From: Eledone cirrhosa
Lineage: Eukaryota
Assembly (NCBI GenBank): GCA_964016885.1
Contig: OZ024749.1
Coordinates: 14,384,001 to 14,448,000 of the forward strand
Direction of reading: 5' to 3'
DNA: 64,000 nucleotides
Part shown: piece by piece, positions 47,130-61,600 of the stretch
How the letters are laid out: every line of letters starts with the position of its first letter
Position numbering within the stretch: the stretch's first letter is position 1
The notes under the pieces: generated by a model
Databases searched by the model: none
What the model saw: only the letters and a program-made list of their open reading frames with translations
Told to the model about the DNA's origin: nothing
Translations under genes and position numbers: made by a program

Positions 47130-50100
47130 GGCACAGGTCTGCCACACATACTATATGGCACAGGTCTCTCACACATACTATATGGCACAGGTGTGCCACA
47201 CATACTATATGGCACAGGTCTGCCACACATACTATATGGCACAGGTCTGCCACACATACTATATGGCACAGGACTGCCACACATACTATATGGCACAGGT
47301 CTCCCACACATACTATATGGCACAGGTCTTCCACACATACTATATGGCACAGGTCTTCCACACATACTATATGGCACATGTGTGCCACACATACTATATG
47401 GCACAGGTCTTCCACACATACTATATGGCACAGGTCTTCCACACATACTATATGGCACAGTTTTTCCACACATACTATATGGCACAGGCGTTCCACACTT
47501 ACTATATGGCACAGGTCTGCCACACATACTATATGGCACAGGTCTCTCACACATACTATATGGCACAGGTGTACCACACATACTATATGGCACAGGTCTG
47601 CCACACATACTATATGGCACAGGTCTGCCACACATACTATATGGCACAGGACTTCCACACATACTATATGGCACAGGTCTGCCACACATACTATATGGCA
47701 CAGGTCTGCCACACATACTATATCGCACAGGTCTTCCACACATACTATATGGCACAGGTCTGCCACACATACTATATGGCACAGGTCTTCCACACATACT
47801 ATATGGCACAGGTCTTCCACACATACTATATGGCACAGTTCTTCCACACATACTATATGGCACAGGTGTGTCACACATACTATATGGCACAGGTGTGTCA
47901 CACATACTATATGGCAGAGGTGTGCCACACATACTATATAGCACAGGTTTCCCACACATACTATTTGGCACAGGTCTTCCACACATACTATATGGCACAG
48001 TTCTTCCACACATACTATATGGCACAGGTGTGTCACACATACTATATGGCACAGGTCTGTTACACATACTATATGGCACAGGTCTGCCACACATACTATA
48101 TGGCACAGGTCTTCCACACATACTATATGGCACAGGTCTCCCACACATACTATATGGCACAGGTCTTCCACACATACTATATGGCACAGGTCTTCCACAG
48201 ATACTATATGGCACAGGTCTCCCACACATACTATATGGCACAGGTCTTCCACACATACTATATGGCACAGGTCTTCCACACATACTATGTGGCACAGGTC
48301 TGCCACACATACTATATGGCACAGGTCTTCCACACATACTATATGGCACAGGTGTACCACACATACTATATGGCACAGGTCTCCCACACATACTATATGG
48401 CACAGGTCACCCACACATACTATATGGCACAGGTGTACCACACATACTATATGGCACAGGTCTTCCACACATACTATATGGCACAGGTCTTCCACACATA
48501 CTATATGGCACGGGTCTTCCACACATACTATATGGCACATGTCTTCCACACTTACTATATGGCACAGGTCTTCCACACATACTATATGGCACAGGTCTTC
48601 CACACATACTATATGGCACAGGTGTACCACACATACTATATGGCACAGGTCTCCCACACATACTATATGGCACAGGTCATCCACACATACTATATGACAC
48701 AGGTGTACCACACATACTATATGGCACATTTCTTCCACACATACTATATGGCACAGGTCTTCCACACATACTATATGGCACAGGTCTTCCACACTTACTA
48801 TATGGCACAGGTCTGCCACACATACTAAATGGCACAGGTCTTCCACACATACTATGTGGCACAGGTCTTCCACATATACTATATGGCACAGGTGTCCCAC
48901 ACATACTATATGGCACAGGTCTTCCACACATACTATATGGCACAGGTCTTCCACACATACTATATGGCACAGGTCTTCCACACATACTATATGGCACAGG
49001 TCATCCACACTTACTATATGGCACAGGTGTCCCACACATACTATATGGCACAGGTCTTCCACACATACTATATGGCACAGGTGTACCACACATACTATAT
49101 GGCACAGGTCTGCCACACATACTATATGGCAGAGGTCTTCCACACATACTATATGGCACAGGTCTCCCACACATACTATATGGCACAGGTCATCCACACA
49201 TACTATATGGCACAGGTGTACCACACATACTATATGGCACAGGTCTTCCACACATACTATATGGCACAGGTCTTCCACACATACAATAGGCACATGTCTT
49301 CCACACATATTATATGGCACAGGTCTGCCACACATACTATATGGCACAGGTCTCTCACACATACTATATGGCACAGGTGTGCCACACATACTATATGGCA
49401 CAGGTCTGCCACACATACTATATGGCACAGGTCTGCCACACATACTATATGGCACAGGACTGCCACACATACTATATGGCACAGGTCTCCCACACATACT
49501 ATATGGCACAGGTCTGCCACACATACTATATCGCACAGGTCTTCCACACATACTATATGGCACATGTGTGCCACACATACTATATGGCACAGGTCTTCCA
49601 CACATACTATATGGCACAGGTCTTCCACACATACTATATGGCACAGTTTTTCCACACATACTATATGGCACAGGCGTTCCACACTTACTATATGGCACAG
49701 GTCTGCCACACATACTATATGGCACAGGTCTCTCACACATACTATATGGCACAGGTGTGCCACACATACTATATGGCACAGGTCTGCCACACATACTATA
49801 TGGCACAGGTCTGCCACACATACTATATGGCACAGGACTTCCACACATACTATATGGCACAGGTCTGCCACACATACTATATGGCACAGGTCTGCCACAC
49901 ATACTATATCGCACAGGTCTTCCACACATACTATATGGCACAGGTCTGCCACACATACTGTATGGCACAGGTCTTCCACACATACTATATGGCACAGGTC
50001 TTCCACACATACTATATGGCACAGTTCTTCCACACATACTATATGGCACAGGTGTGTCACACATACTATATGGCACAGGTGTGTCACACATACTATATGG

Positions 50101-51365
50101 CAGAGGTGTGCCACACATACTATATAGCACAGGTTTCCCACACATACTATTTGGCACAGGTCTTCCACACATACTATATGGCACAGTTCTTCCACACATA
50201 CTATATGGCACAGGTGTGTCACACATACTATATGGCACAGGTCTGTTACACATACTATATGGCACAGGTCTGCCACACATACTATATGGCACAGGTCTTC
50301 CACACATACTATATGGCACAGGTCTCCCACACATACTATATGGCACAGGTCTTCCACACATACTATATGGCACAGGTCTTCCACAGATACTATATGGCAC
50401 AGGTCTCCCACACATACTATATGGCACAGGTCTTCCACACATACTATATGGCACAGGTCTTCCACACATACTATGTGGCACAGGTCTGCCACACATACTA
50501 TATGGCACAGGTCTTCCACACATACTATATGGCACAGGTGTACCACACATACTATATGGCACAGGTCTCCCACACATACTATATGGCACAGGTCATCCAC
50601 ACATACTATATGGCACAGGTGTACCACACATACTATATGGCACAGGTCTTCCACACATACTATATGGCACAGGTCTTCCACACATACTATATGGCACGGG
50701 TCTTCCACACATACTATATGGCACATGTCTTCCACACTTACTATATGGCACAGGTGTTCCACACATACTATATGGCACAGGTCTTCCACACATACTATAT
50801 GGCACAGGTGTACCACACATACTATATGGCACAGGTCTCCCACACATACTATATGGCACAGGTCATCCACACATACTATATGACACAGGTGTACCACACA
50901 TACTATATGGCACATTTCTTCCACACATGCTATATGGCACAGGTCTTCCACACATACTATATGGCACAGGTCTTCCACACTTACTATATGGCACAGGTCT
51001 GCCACACATACTAAATGGCACAGGTCTTCCACACATACTATGTGGCACAGGTCTTCCACATATACTATATGGCACAGGTGTCCCACACATACTATATGGC
51101 ACAGGTCTTCCACACATACTATATGGCACAGGTCTTCCACACATACTATATGGCACAGGTCTTCCACACATACTATATGGCACAGGTCATCCACACATAC
51201 TATATGGCACAGGTCTCCCACACATACTATATGGCACAGGTCATCCACACATACTATATGGCACAGGAGTACCACACATACTATATGGCACAGGTCTTCC
51301 ACACATACTATATGGCACAGGTCTTCCACACATACAATAGGCACATGTCTTCCACACATATTATA
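47130..51365. repeat. 2,186-bp (81 monomers minus 1 bp) tandem duplication: about 47130-49315 and about 49315-51365
   Basis: Offset 2,186 (48287/50473, 48407/50593, 48829/51015). Shared markers are GTTTTTCC, GGCGTTCC, CATTTCTT and ACAATAGG. The second copy lacks 5 monomers near its end. Confidence 0.92.
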
Positions 51366-54300
51366 TGGCACAGGTCTGCCACACATACTATATGGCACAG
51401 GTCTTCCACACATACTATGTGGCACAGGTCTTCCACATATACTATATGGCACAGGTCTTCCACACATACTATATGGCACAGGTCTTCCACACATACTATA
51501 TGGCACATGTCTCCCACACATACTATATGGCACAGGTCTTCCACACATACTATATGGCACATGTGTGCCACATATACTATATGGCACAGGTCTCCCACAC
51601 ATACTATATGGCACAGGTCTTCCACACATACTATATGGCACAGGTGTGCCACACATACTATATGGCACAGTCTTCCACACATACTATATGGCACAGGTCT
51701 TCCACACATACTATATGGCACAGGTCTTCCACACATACTATATGGCACAGGTGTGCCACACATACTATATGGCACAGGTGTCCCACACATACTATATGGC
51801 ACAGGTCTGCCACATATACTATATGGCACAGGTCTTCCACACATACTATATGGCAAGGTCTTCCACACATACTATATGGCACATGTCTTCAACACATACT
51901 ATATGGCACAGGTGTGCCACACATACTATTTGGCACAGGTGTACCACATATACTATATGGCACAGGTGTACCACACATACTATATGGCACAGGAGTGCCA
52001 CACATAATATATGGCACAGGTCTGCCACACATACTATATGGCACAGGTGTGCCACACATACTATATGGCACATGTCTTCCACACATACTATATGGCACAG
52101 GTGTGCCACACATACTATATGGCACAGGTCTGCCACACATACTATATGGCACAGGTCTCTCACACATATTATATGGCACAGGTGTGCCACACATACTATA
52201 TGGCACAGGTCTGCCACACATACTATATGGCACAGGTCTGCCACACATACTATATGGCACAGGTCTGCCACACATACTATATGGCACAGGTCTTCCACAC
52301 ATACTATGTGGCACAGGTCTTCCACATATACTATATGGCACAGGTCTTCCACACATACTTTATGGCACAGGTCTTCCACACATACTATATGGCACATGTC
52401 TCCCACACATACTATATGGCACAGGTCTTCCACACATACTATATGGCACATGTGTGCCACATATACTATATGGCACAGGTCTCCCACACATACTATATGG
52501 CACAGGTCTTCCACACATACTATATGGCACAGGTGTGCCACACATACTATATGGCACAGGTCTGCCACACATACTATATGGCACAGGTCTGCCACACATA
52601 CTATATGGCACAGGTCTTCCACACATACTATATGGCACAGGACTCCCACACATACTATATGGCACAGGTCTGTCACACATACTATATGGCACAGGTCTGC
52701 CACACATACTATATGGCACAGGTCTTCCACACATACTATATGGCACAGGTCTGCCACACATACTATATGGCACAGGTCTTCCACACATACTATATGGCAC
52801 AGGAATTCCACACATACTATATGGCACAGTTCTTCCACACATACTATATGGCACAGGTGTGTCACACATACTATATGGCACAGGTGTGTCACACATACTA
52901 TATGGCACAGGTGTGCCACACATACTATATGGCACAGGTCTCTCACACATACTATATGGCACAGGTCTGTCACACATACTATATGGCACAGGTCTGACAC
53001 ACATACTATATGGCACAGGTCTTCCACACATACTATATGGCACAGGTCTCCCACACATAGTATATGGCACAGGTCTTCAACACATAGTATATGGCACAGG
53101 TCTTCCACACATACTATATGGCACAGGTCTGTCACACATAGTATATGGCACAGGTCTTCCACACATAGTATATGGCACAGGTCTTCCACACATACTATAT
53201 GGCACAGGTGTGTCACACATACTATATGGCACAGGTCTGTCACACATACTATATTGCACAGGTGTTCCACACATACTATATGGCACAGGTGTACCACACA
53301 TACTATATGGCACAGGTCTTCCACACATACTATATGGCACAGGTGTACCACACATACTATATGGCACAGGTCTCCCACACATACTATATGGCACAGGTCA
53401 TCCACACATACTATATGGCACAGGTGTACCACACATACTATATGGCACAGGTCTTCCACACATACTATATGGCACAGGTCTTCCACACATACTATATGGC
53501 ACAGGTCTTCCACACATACTATATGGCACAGGTCTGCCACACATACTATATGGCACAGGTCTTCCACACATACTATGTGGCACAGGTCTTCCACATATAC
53601 TATATGGCACAGGTGTCCCACACATACTATATGGCACAGGTCTTCCACACATACTATATGGCACAGGTCTGCCACACATACTATATGGCACAGGTCTTCC
53701 ACACATACTATGTGGCACAGGTCTTCCACATATACTATATGGCACAGGTGTCCCACACATACTATGTGGCACAGGTCTTCCACACATACTATATGGCACA
53801 GGTGTCCCACACATACTATATGGCACAGGTCTTCCACACATACTATGTGGCACAGGTCTTCCACATATACTATATGGCACAGGTGTCCCACACATCCTAT
53901 ATGGCACAGGTCTTCCACACATACTATATGGCACGGGTCTCCCACACATACTATATGGCACAGGTCTTCCACACATACTATATGGCACAGGTCTGCCACA
54001 CATACTATGTGGCACAGGTCTGCCACACATACTATATGGCACAGGTCTTCCACACATACTATATGGCACATGTGTTCCACATATACTATATGGCACAGGT
54101 CTCCAACACATACTATATGGCACAGGTCTTCCACACATACTATATGGCACATGTGTTCCACATATACTATATGGCACAGGTCTGCCACACATACTATGTG
54201 GCACAGGTCTGTCACACATACTATATGGCACAGGTCTTCCACACATACTATATGGCACATGTGTTCCACACATACTATATGGCACAGGTCTGCCACACAT

Positions 54301-57300
54301 ACTATATGGCACAGGTCTTCCACACATACTATATGGCACAGGTGTGCCACACATACTATATGGCACAGGTCTTCCACACATACTATATGGCACAGGTCTG
54401 CCACATATACTATATGGCACAGGTCTTCCACACATACTATATGGCACAGGTCTGCCACACATACTATATGGCACAGGTCTGCCACACATACTATATCGCA
54501 CAGGTCTTCCACACATACTATATGGCACAGGTGTGCCACACATACTATATGGCACAGGTCTTCCACACATACTATATGGCACAGGTCTTCCACACATACT
54601 ATATGGCACAGTTCTTCCACACATACTATATGGCACAGGTGTGTCACACATACTATATGGCACAGGTGTGTCACACATACTATATGGCAGAGGTGTGCCA
54701 CACATACTATATAGCACAGGTCTCCCACACATACTATATGGCACAGGTCTTCCACACATACTATATGGCACAGTTCTTCCACACATACTATATGGCACAG
54801 GTGTGTCACACATACTATATGGCACAGGTGTGTCACACATACTATATGGCAGAGGTGTGCCACACATACTATATAGCACAGGTCTCCCACACATACTATA
54901 TGGCACAGGTCTTCCACACATACTATATGGCACAGTTCTTCCACACATACTATATGGCACAGGTGTGTCACACATACTATATGGCACAGGTCTGTTACAC
55001 ATACTATATGGCACAGGTCTGCCACACATACTATATGGCACAGGTCTTCCACACATACTATATGGCACAGGTCTCCCACACATACTATATGGCACAGGTC
55101 TTCCACACATACTATATGGCACAGGTCTTCCACAGATACTATATGGCACAGGTCTCCCACACATACTATATGGCACAGGTCTTCCACACATACTATATGG
55201 CACAGGTCTTCCACACATACTATGTGGCACAGGTCTGCCACACATACTATATGGCACAGGTCTTCCACACATACTATATGGCACAGGTGTACCACACATA
55301 CTATATGGCACAGGTCTCCCACACATACTATATGGCACAGGTCATCCACACATACTATATGGCACAGGTGTACCACACATACTATATGGCACAGGTCTTC
55401 CACACATACTATATGGCACGGGTCTTCCACACATACTATATGGCACATGTCTTCCACACTTACTATATGGCACAGGTGTTCCACACATACTATATGGCAC
55501 AGGTCTTCCACACCTACTATATGGCACAGGTGTTCCACACATACTATATGGCACAAGTCTGCCACACATACTATATGGCAGAGGTCTTCCACACATACTA
55601 TATGGCACAGGTGTACCACACATACTATATGGCACAGGTCTCCCACACATACTATATGGCACAGGTCATCCACACATACTATATGGCACAGGTGTACCAC
55701 ACATACTATATGGCACATTTCTTCCACACATACTATATGGCACAGGTCTTCCACACATACTATATGGCACAGGTCTTCCACACTTACTATATGGCACAGG
55801 TCATCCACACTTACTATATGGCACAGGTGTCCCACACATACTATATGGCACAGGTCTTCCACACATACTATATGGCACAGGTGTACCACACATACTATAT
55901 GGCACAGGTCTGCCACACATACTATATGGCAGAGGTCTTCCACACATACTATATGGCACAGGTGTACCACACATACTATATGGCACAGGTCTCCCACACA
56001 TACTATATGGCACAGGTCATCCACACATACTATATGGCACAGGTGTACCACACATACTATATGGCACAGGTCTTCCACACATACTATATGGCACAGGTCT
56101 TCCACACATACTATATGGCACATGTCTTCCACACATATTATATGGCACAGGTCTGCCACACATACTATATGGCACAGGTCTTCCACACATACTATGTGGC
56201 ACAGGTCTTCCACATATACTATATGGCACAGGTCTTCCACACATACTATATGGCACAGGTCTTCCACACATACTATATGGCACATGTCTCCCACACATAC
56301 TATATGGCACAGGTCTTCCACACATACTATATGGCACATGTGTGCCACATATACTATATGGCACAGGTCTCCCACACATACTATATGGCACAGGTCTTCC
56401 ACACATACTATATGGCACAGGTGTGCCACACATACTATATGGCACAGTCTTCCACACATACTATATGGCACAGGTCTTCCACACATACTATATGGCACAG
56501 GTCTTCCACACATACTATATGGCACAGGTGTGCCACACATACTATATGGCACAGGTGTCCCACACATACTATATGGCACAGGTCTGCCACACATACTATA
56601 TGGCACAGGTCTGTTACACATACTATATGGCACAGGTCTGCCACACATACTATATGGCACAGGAGTGCCACACATAATATATGGCACAGGTCTGCCACAC
56701 ATACTATATGGCACAGGTGTGCCACACATACTATATGGCACATGTCTTCCACACATACTATATGGCACAGGTGTGCCACACATACTATATGGCACAGGTC
56801 TGCCACACATACTATATGGCACAGGTCTCTCACACATATTATATGGCACAGGTGTGCCACACATACTATATGGCACAGGTCTTCCACACATACTATATGG
56901 CACAGGTCTGCCACACATACTATATGGCACAGGTCTGCCACACATACTATATGGCACAGGACTCCCACACATACTATATGGCACAGGTCTGTCACACATA
57001 CTATATGGCACAGGTCTGCCACACATACTATATGGCACAGGTCTTCCACACATACTATATGGCACATGTGTGCCACACATACTATATGGCACAGGTCTTC
57101 CACACATACTATATGGCACAGGACTTCCACACATACTATATGGCACAGTTCTTCCACACATACTATATGGCACAGGTGTGTCACACATACTATATGGCAC
57201 AGGTGTGTCACACATACTATATGGCACAGGTGTGCCACACATACTATATGGCACAGGTCTCTCACACATACTATATGGCACAGGTGTGCCACACATACTA

Positions 57301-58620
57301 TATGGCACAGGTCTCCCACACATACTATATGGCACAGGTCTCCCACACATACTATATGGCACAGGTCTGTCACACATACTATATGGCACAGGTCTGACAC
57401 ACATACTATATGGCACAGGTCTCCCACACATACTATATGGCACAGGTCTCCCACACATAGTATATGGCACAGGTCTTCAACACATAGTATATGGCACAGG
57501 TCTTCCACACATACTATATGGCACAGGTCTGTCACACATAGTATATGGCACAGGTCTTCCACACATAGTATATGGCACAGGTCTTCCACACATACTATAT
57601 GGCACAGGTGTGTCACACATACTATATGGCACAGGTCTGTCACACATACTATATTGCACAGGTGTTCCACACATACTATATGGCACAGCTCTTCCACACA
57701 TACTATATGGCACAGGTCTTCCACACATACTATATGGCACAGGTCTTCCACACTTACTATATGGCACAGGTGTACCACACATACTATATGGCACAGGTCT
57801 TCCACACATACTATATGGCACAGGTCTCCCACACATACTATATGGCACAGGTCATGCACACATACTATATGGCACAGGTGTACCACACATACTATATGGC
57901 ACAGGTCTTCCACACATACTATATGGCACAGGTCTTCCACACATACTATATGGCACAGGTCTTCCACACATACTATATGGCACAGGTCTGCCACACATAC
58001 TATATGGCACAGGTCTTCCACACATACTATGTGGCACAGGTCTTCCACATATACTATATGGCACAGGTGTCCCACACATCCTATATGGCACAGGTCTTCC
58101 ACACATACTATATGGCACGGGTCTCCCACACATACTATATGGCACAGGTCTTCCACACATACTATATGGCACAGGTCTGCCACACATACTATGTGGCACA
58201 GGTCTGTCACACATACTATATGGCACAGGTCTTCCACACATACTATATGGCACATGTGTTCCACATATACTATATGGCACAGGTCTCCAACACATACTAT
58301 ATGGCACAGGTCTTCCACACATACTATATGGCACATGTGTTCCACATATACTATATGGCACAGGTCTGCCACACATACTATGTGGCACAGGTCAGTCACA
58401 CATACTATATGGCACAGGTCTTCCACACATACTATATGGCACATGTGTTCCACACATACTATATGGCACAGGTCTGCCACACATACTATATGGCACAGGT
58501 CTTCCACACATACTATATGGCACAGGTGTGCCACACATACTATATGGCACAGGTCTTCCACACATACTATATGGCACAGGTCTTCCACATATACTATATG
58601 GCACAGGTCTTCCACACATA
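51340..58620. repeat. Diverged higher-order pair with period about 4.2-4.8 kb: about 51340-54450 versus about 56120-58620
   Basis: Offsets are 4,777 (51658/56435), 4,670 (52011/56681) and 4,400 (53172/57572). Shared markers are the CAGTCTT deletion, GACTCCC, TCTGACAC, CATCCTAT and CTCCAAC. Confidence 0.8.
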
Positions 58621-61600
58621 CTATATGGCAAGGTCTTCCACACATACTATATGGCACATGTCTTCCACACATACTATATGGCACAGGTGTGCCACACATA
58701 CTATATGGCACAGGTGTACCACATATACTATATGGCACAGTTGTACCACACATACTATATGGCACAGGAGTGCCACACATAATATATGGCACAGGTCTGC
58801 CACACATACTATATGGCACAGGTGTGCCACACATACTATATGGCACATGTCTTCCACACATACTATATGGCACAGGTGTTCCACACATACTATATGGCAC
58901 AGGTCTGCCACACATACTATATGGCACAGGTCTCTCACACATACTATATGGCACAGGTGTGCCACACATACTATATGGCACAGGTCTGCCACACATACTA
59001 TATGGCACAGGTCTGCCACACATACTATATGGCACAGGACTGCCACACATACTATATGGCACAGGTCTACCACACATACTATATGGCACAGGTCTTCCAC
59101 ACATACTATATGGCACAGGTCTTCCACACATACTATATGGCATATGTGTGCCACACATACTATATGGCACAGGTCTTCCACACATAGTATATGGCACAGG
59201 TCTTCCACACATACTATATGGCACAGTTCTTCCACACATACTGTATGGCACAGGTGTGTCACACATACTATATGGCACAGGTGTGTCACACATACTATAT
59301 GGCAGAGGTGTGCCACACATACTATATGGCACAGGTCTTCCACACATACTATATGGCACAGGTCTACCACACATACTATATGGCACAGTTCTTCCACACA
59401 TACTATATGGCACAGGTGTGTCACACATACTATATGGCACAGGTGTGGCACACATACTATATGGCACAGGTCTCCCACACATACTATATGGCACAGGTCA
59501 CCCACACATACTATATGGCACAGGTCTGTCACACATACTATATGGCACAGGTCTGCCACACATACTATATGGCACAGGTCTTCCACACATACTTTATGGC
59601 ACAGGTCTCCCACACATACTATATGGCACAGGTCTTCCACACATAGTATATGGCACAGGTCTTCCACACATAGTATATGGCACAGGTCTTCCACCCATAC
59701 TGTATGGCACAGGTGTACCACACATACTATATGGCACAGGTCTTCCACACATACTATATGGCAAAGGTGTGTCACAGATACTATATGGCACAGGTCTGCC
59801 ACACATACTATATGGCACAGGTGTGCCACACATACTATATGGCACAGGTCTTCCACACATACTATATGGCACAGGTCTTCCACACATACTATATGGCACA
59901 GGTCTCCCACTCATACTATATGGCACAGGTCTTCCACACATACTATGTGGCACAGGTCTTCCACATATACTATATGGCACAGGTGTCCCACACATACTAT
60001 ATGGCACAGGTCTTCCACACATACTATATGGCACAGGTCTGCCACACATACTATATGGCACAGGTCTTCCACACATACTATATGGCACAGGTCTTCCACA
60101 TATACTATATGGCACAGGTGTCCCACACATACTATGTGGCACAGGTCTTCCACACATACTATATGGCACAGATGTGCCACACATACTATATGGCACAGGT
60201 CTGTCACACATACTATATGGCACAGGTCTTCCACACATACTATATGGGACAGGTCTGCCACACATACTATATGGCACAGGTCTGCCACACATACTATATG
60301 GCACAGGTCTCCCACACATACTATATGGCACAGGTCTGCCACACATACTATATGGCACAGGTCTTCCACACATACTATATGGCACAGGTCTTCCACACAT
60401 ACTATATGGCACAGGTCTTCCACACATACTATATGGCACAGGTCTGTCACACATACTATATGGCACAGGTCTGCCACACATACTATATGGCACAGGTCTT
60501 CCACACATACTATATGGTACAGGTCTTCCACACATACTATATGGCATAGGTGTGCCACACATACTATATGGCACAGGTCTTCCACACATACTATATGGCA
60601 CAGGTGTGCCACACATACTATATGGCACAGTCTCCCACACATACTATATGGCACAGGTCTGCCACACATACTATATGGCACAGGTCTTCCACACATACTA
60701 TATGGCACAGGTGTGCCACACATACTATATGGCACAGGTCTTCCACACATACTATATGGCACAGGTCTTCCAGATATACTATATGGCACAGGTCTTCCAC
60801 ACATACTATATGGCAAGGTCTTCCACACATACTATATGGCACATGTCTTCCACACATACTATATGGCACAGGTGTGCCACACATACTATATGGCACAGGT
60901 GTACCACATATACTATATGGCACAGGTGTACCACACATACTATATGGCACAGGAGTGCCACACATAATATATGGCACAGGTCTGCCACACATACTATATG
61001 GCACAGGTGTGCCACACATACTATATGGCACATGTCTTCCACACATACTATATGGCACAGGTGTTCCACACATACTATATGGCACAGGTCTGCCACACAT
61101 ACTATATGGCACAGGTCTGCCACACATACTATATGGCACAGGTCTGCCACACATACTATATGGCACAGGTCTTCCACACATACTATATGGCACAGGTCTG
61201 CCACACATACTATATGGCACAGGTCTTCCACACATACTATATGGCACAGGTCTTCCACACATACTATATGGCACATGTGTGCCACACATACTATATGGCA
61301 CAGGTCTTCCACACATACTATATGGCACAGGTCTTCCACACATACTATATGGCACAGTTCTTCCACACATACTATATGGCACAGGTGTGTCACACATAAT
61401 ATATGGCACAGGTGTGTCACACATACTATATGGCAGAGGTGTGCCACAGATACTATATGGCACAGGTCTGTCACACATACTATATGGCACAGGTCTGCCA
61501 CACATACTATATGGCACGGGTCTTCCACACATACATTATGGCACAGGTCTCCCACACATACTATATGGCACAGGTCTTCCACACATAGTATATGGCACAG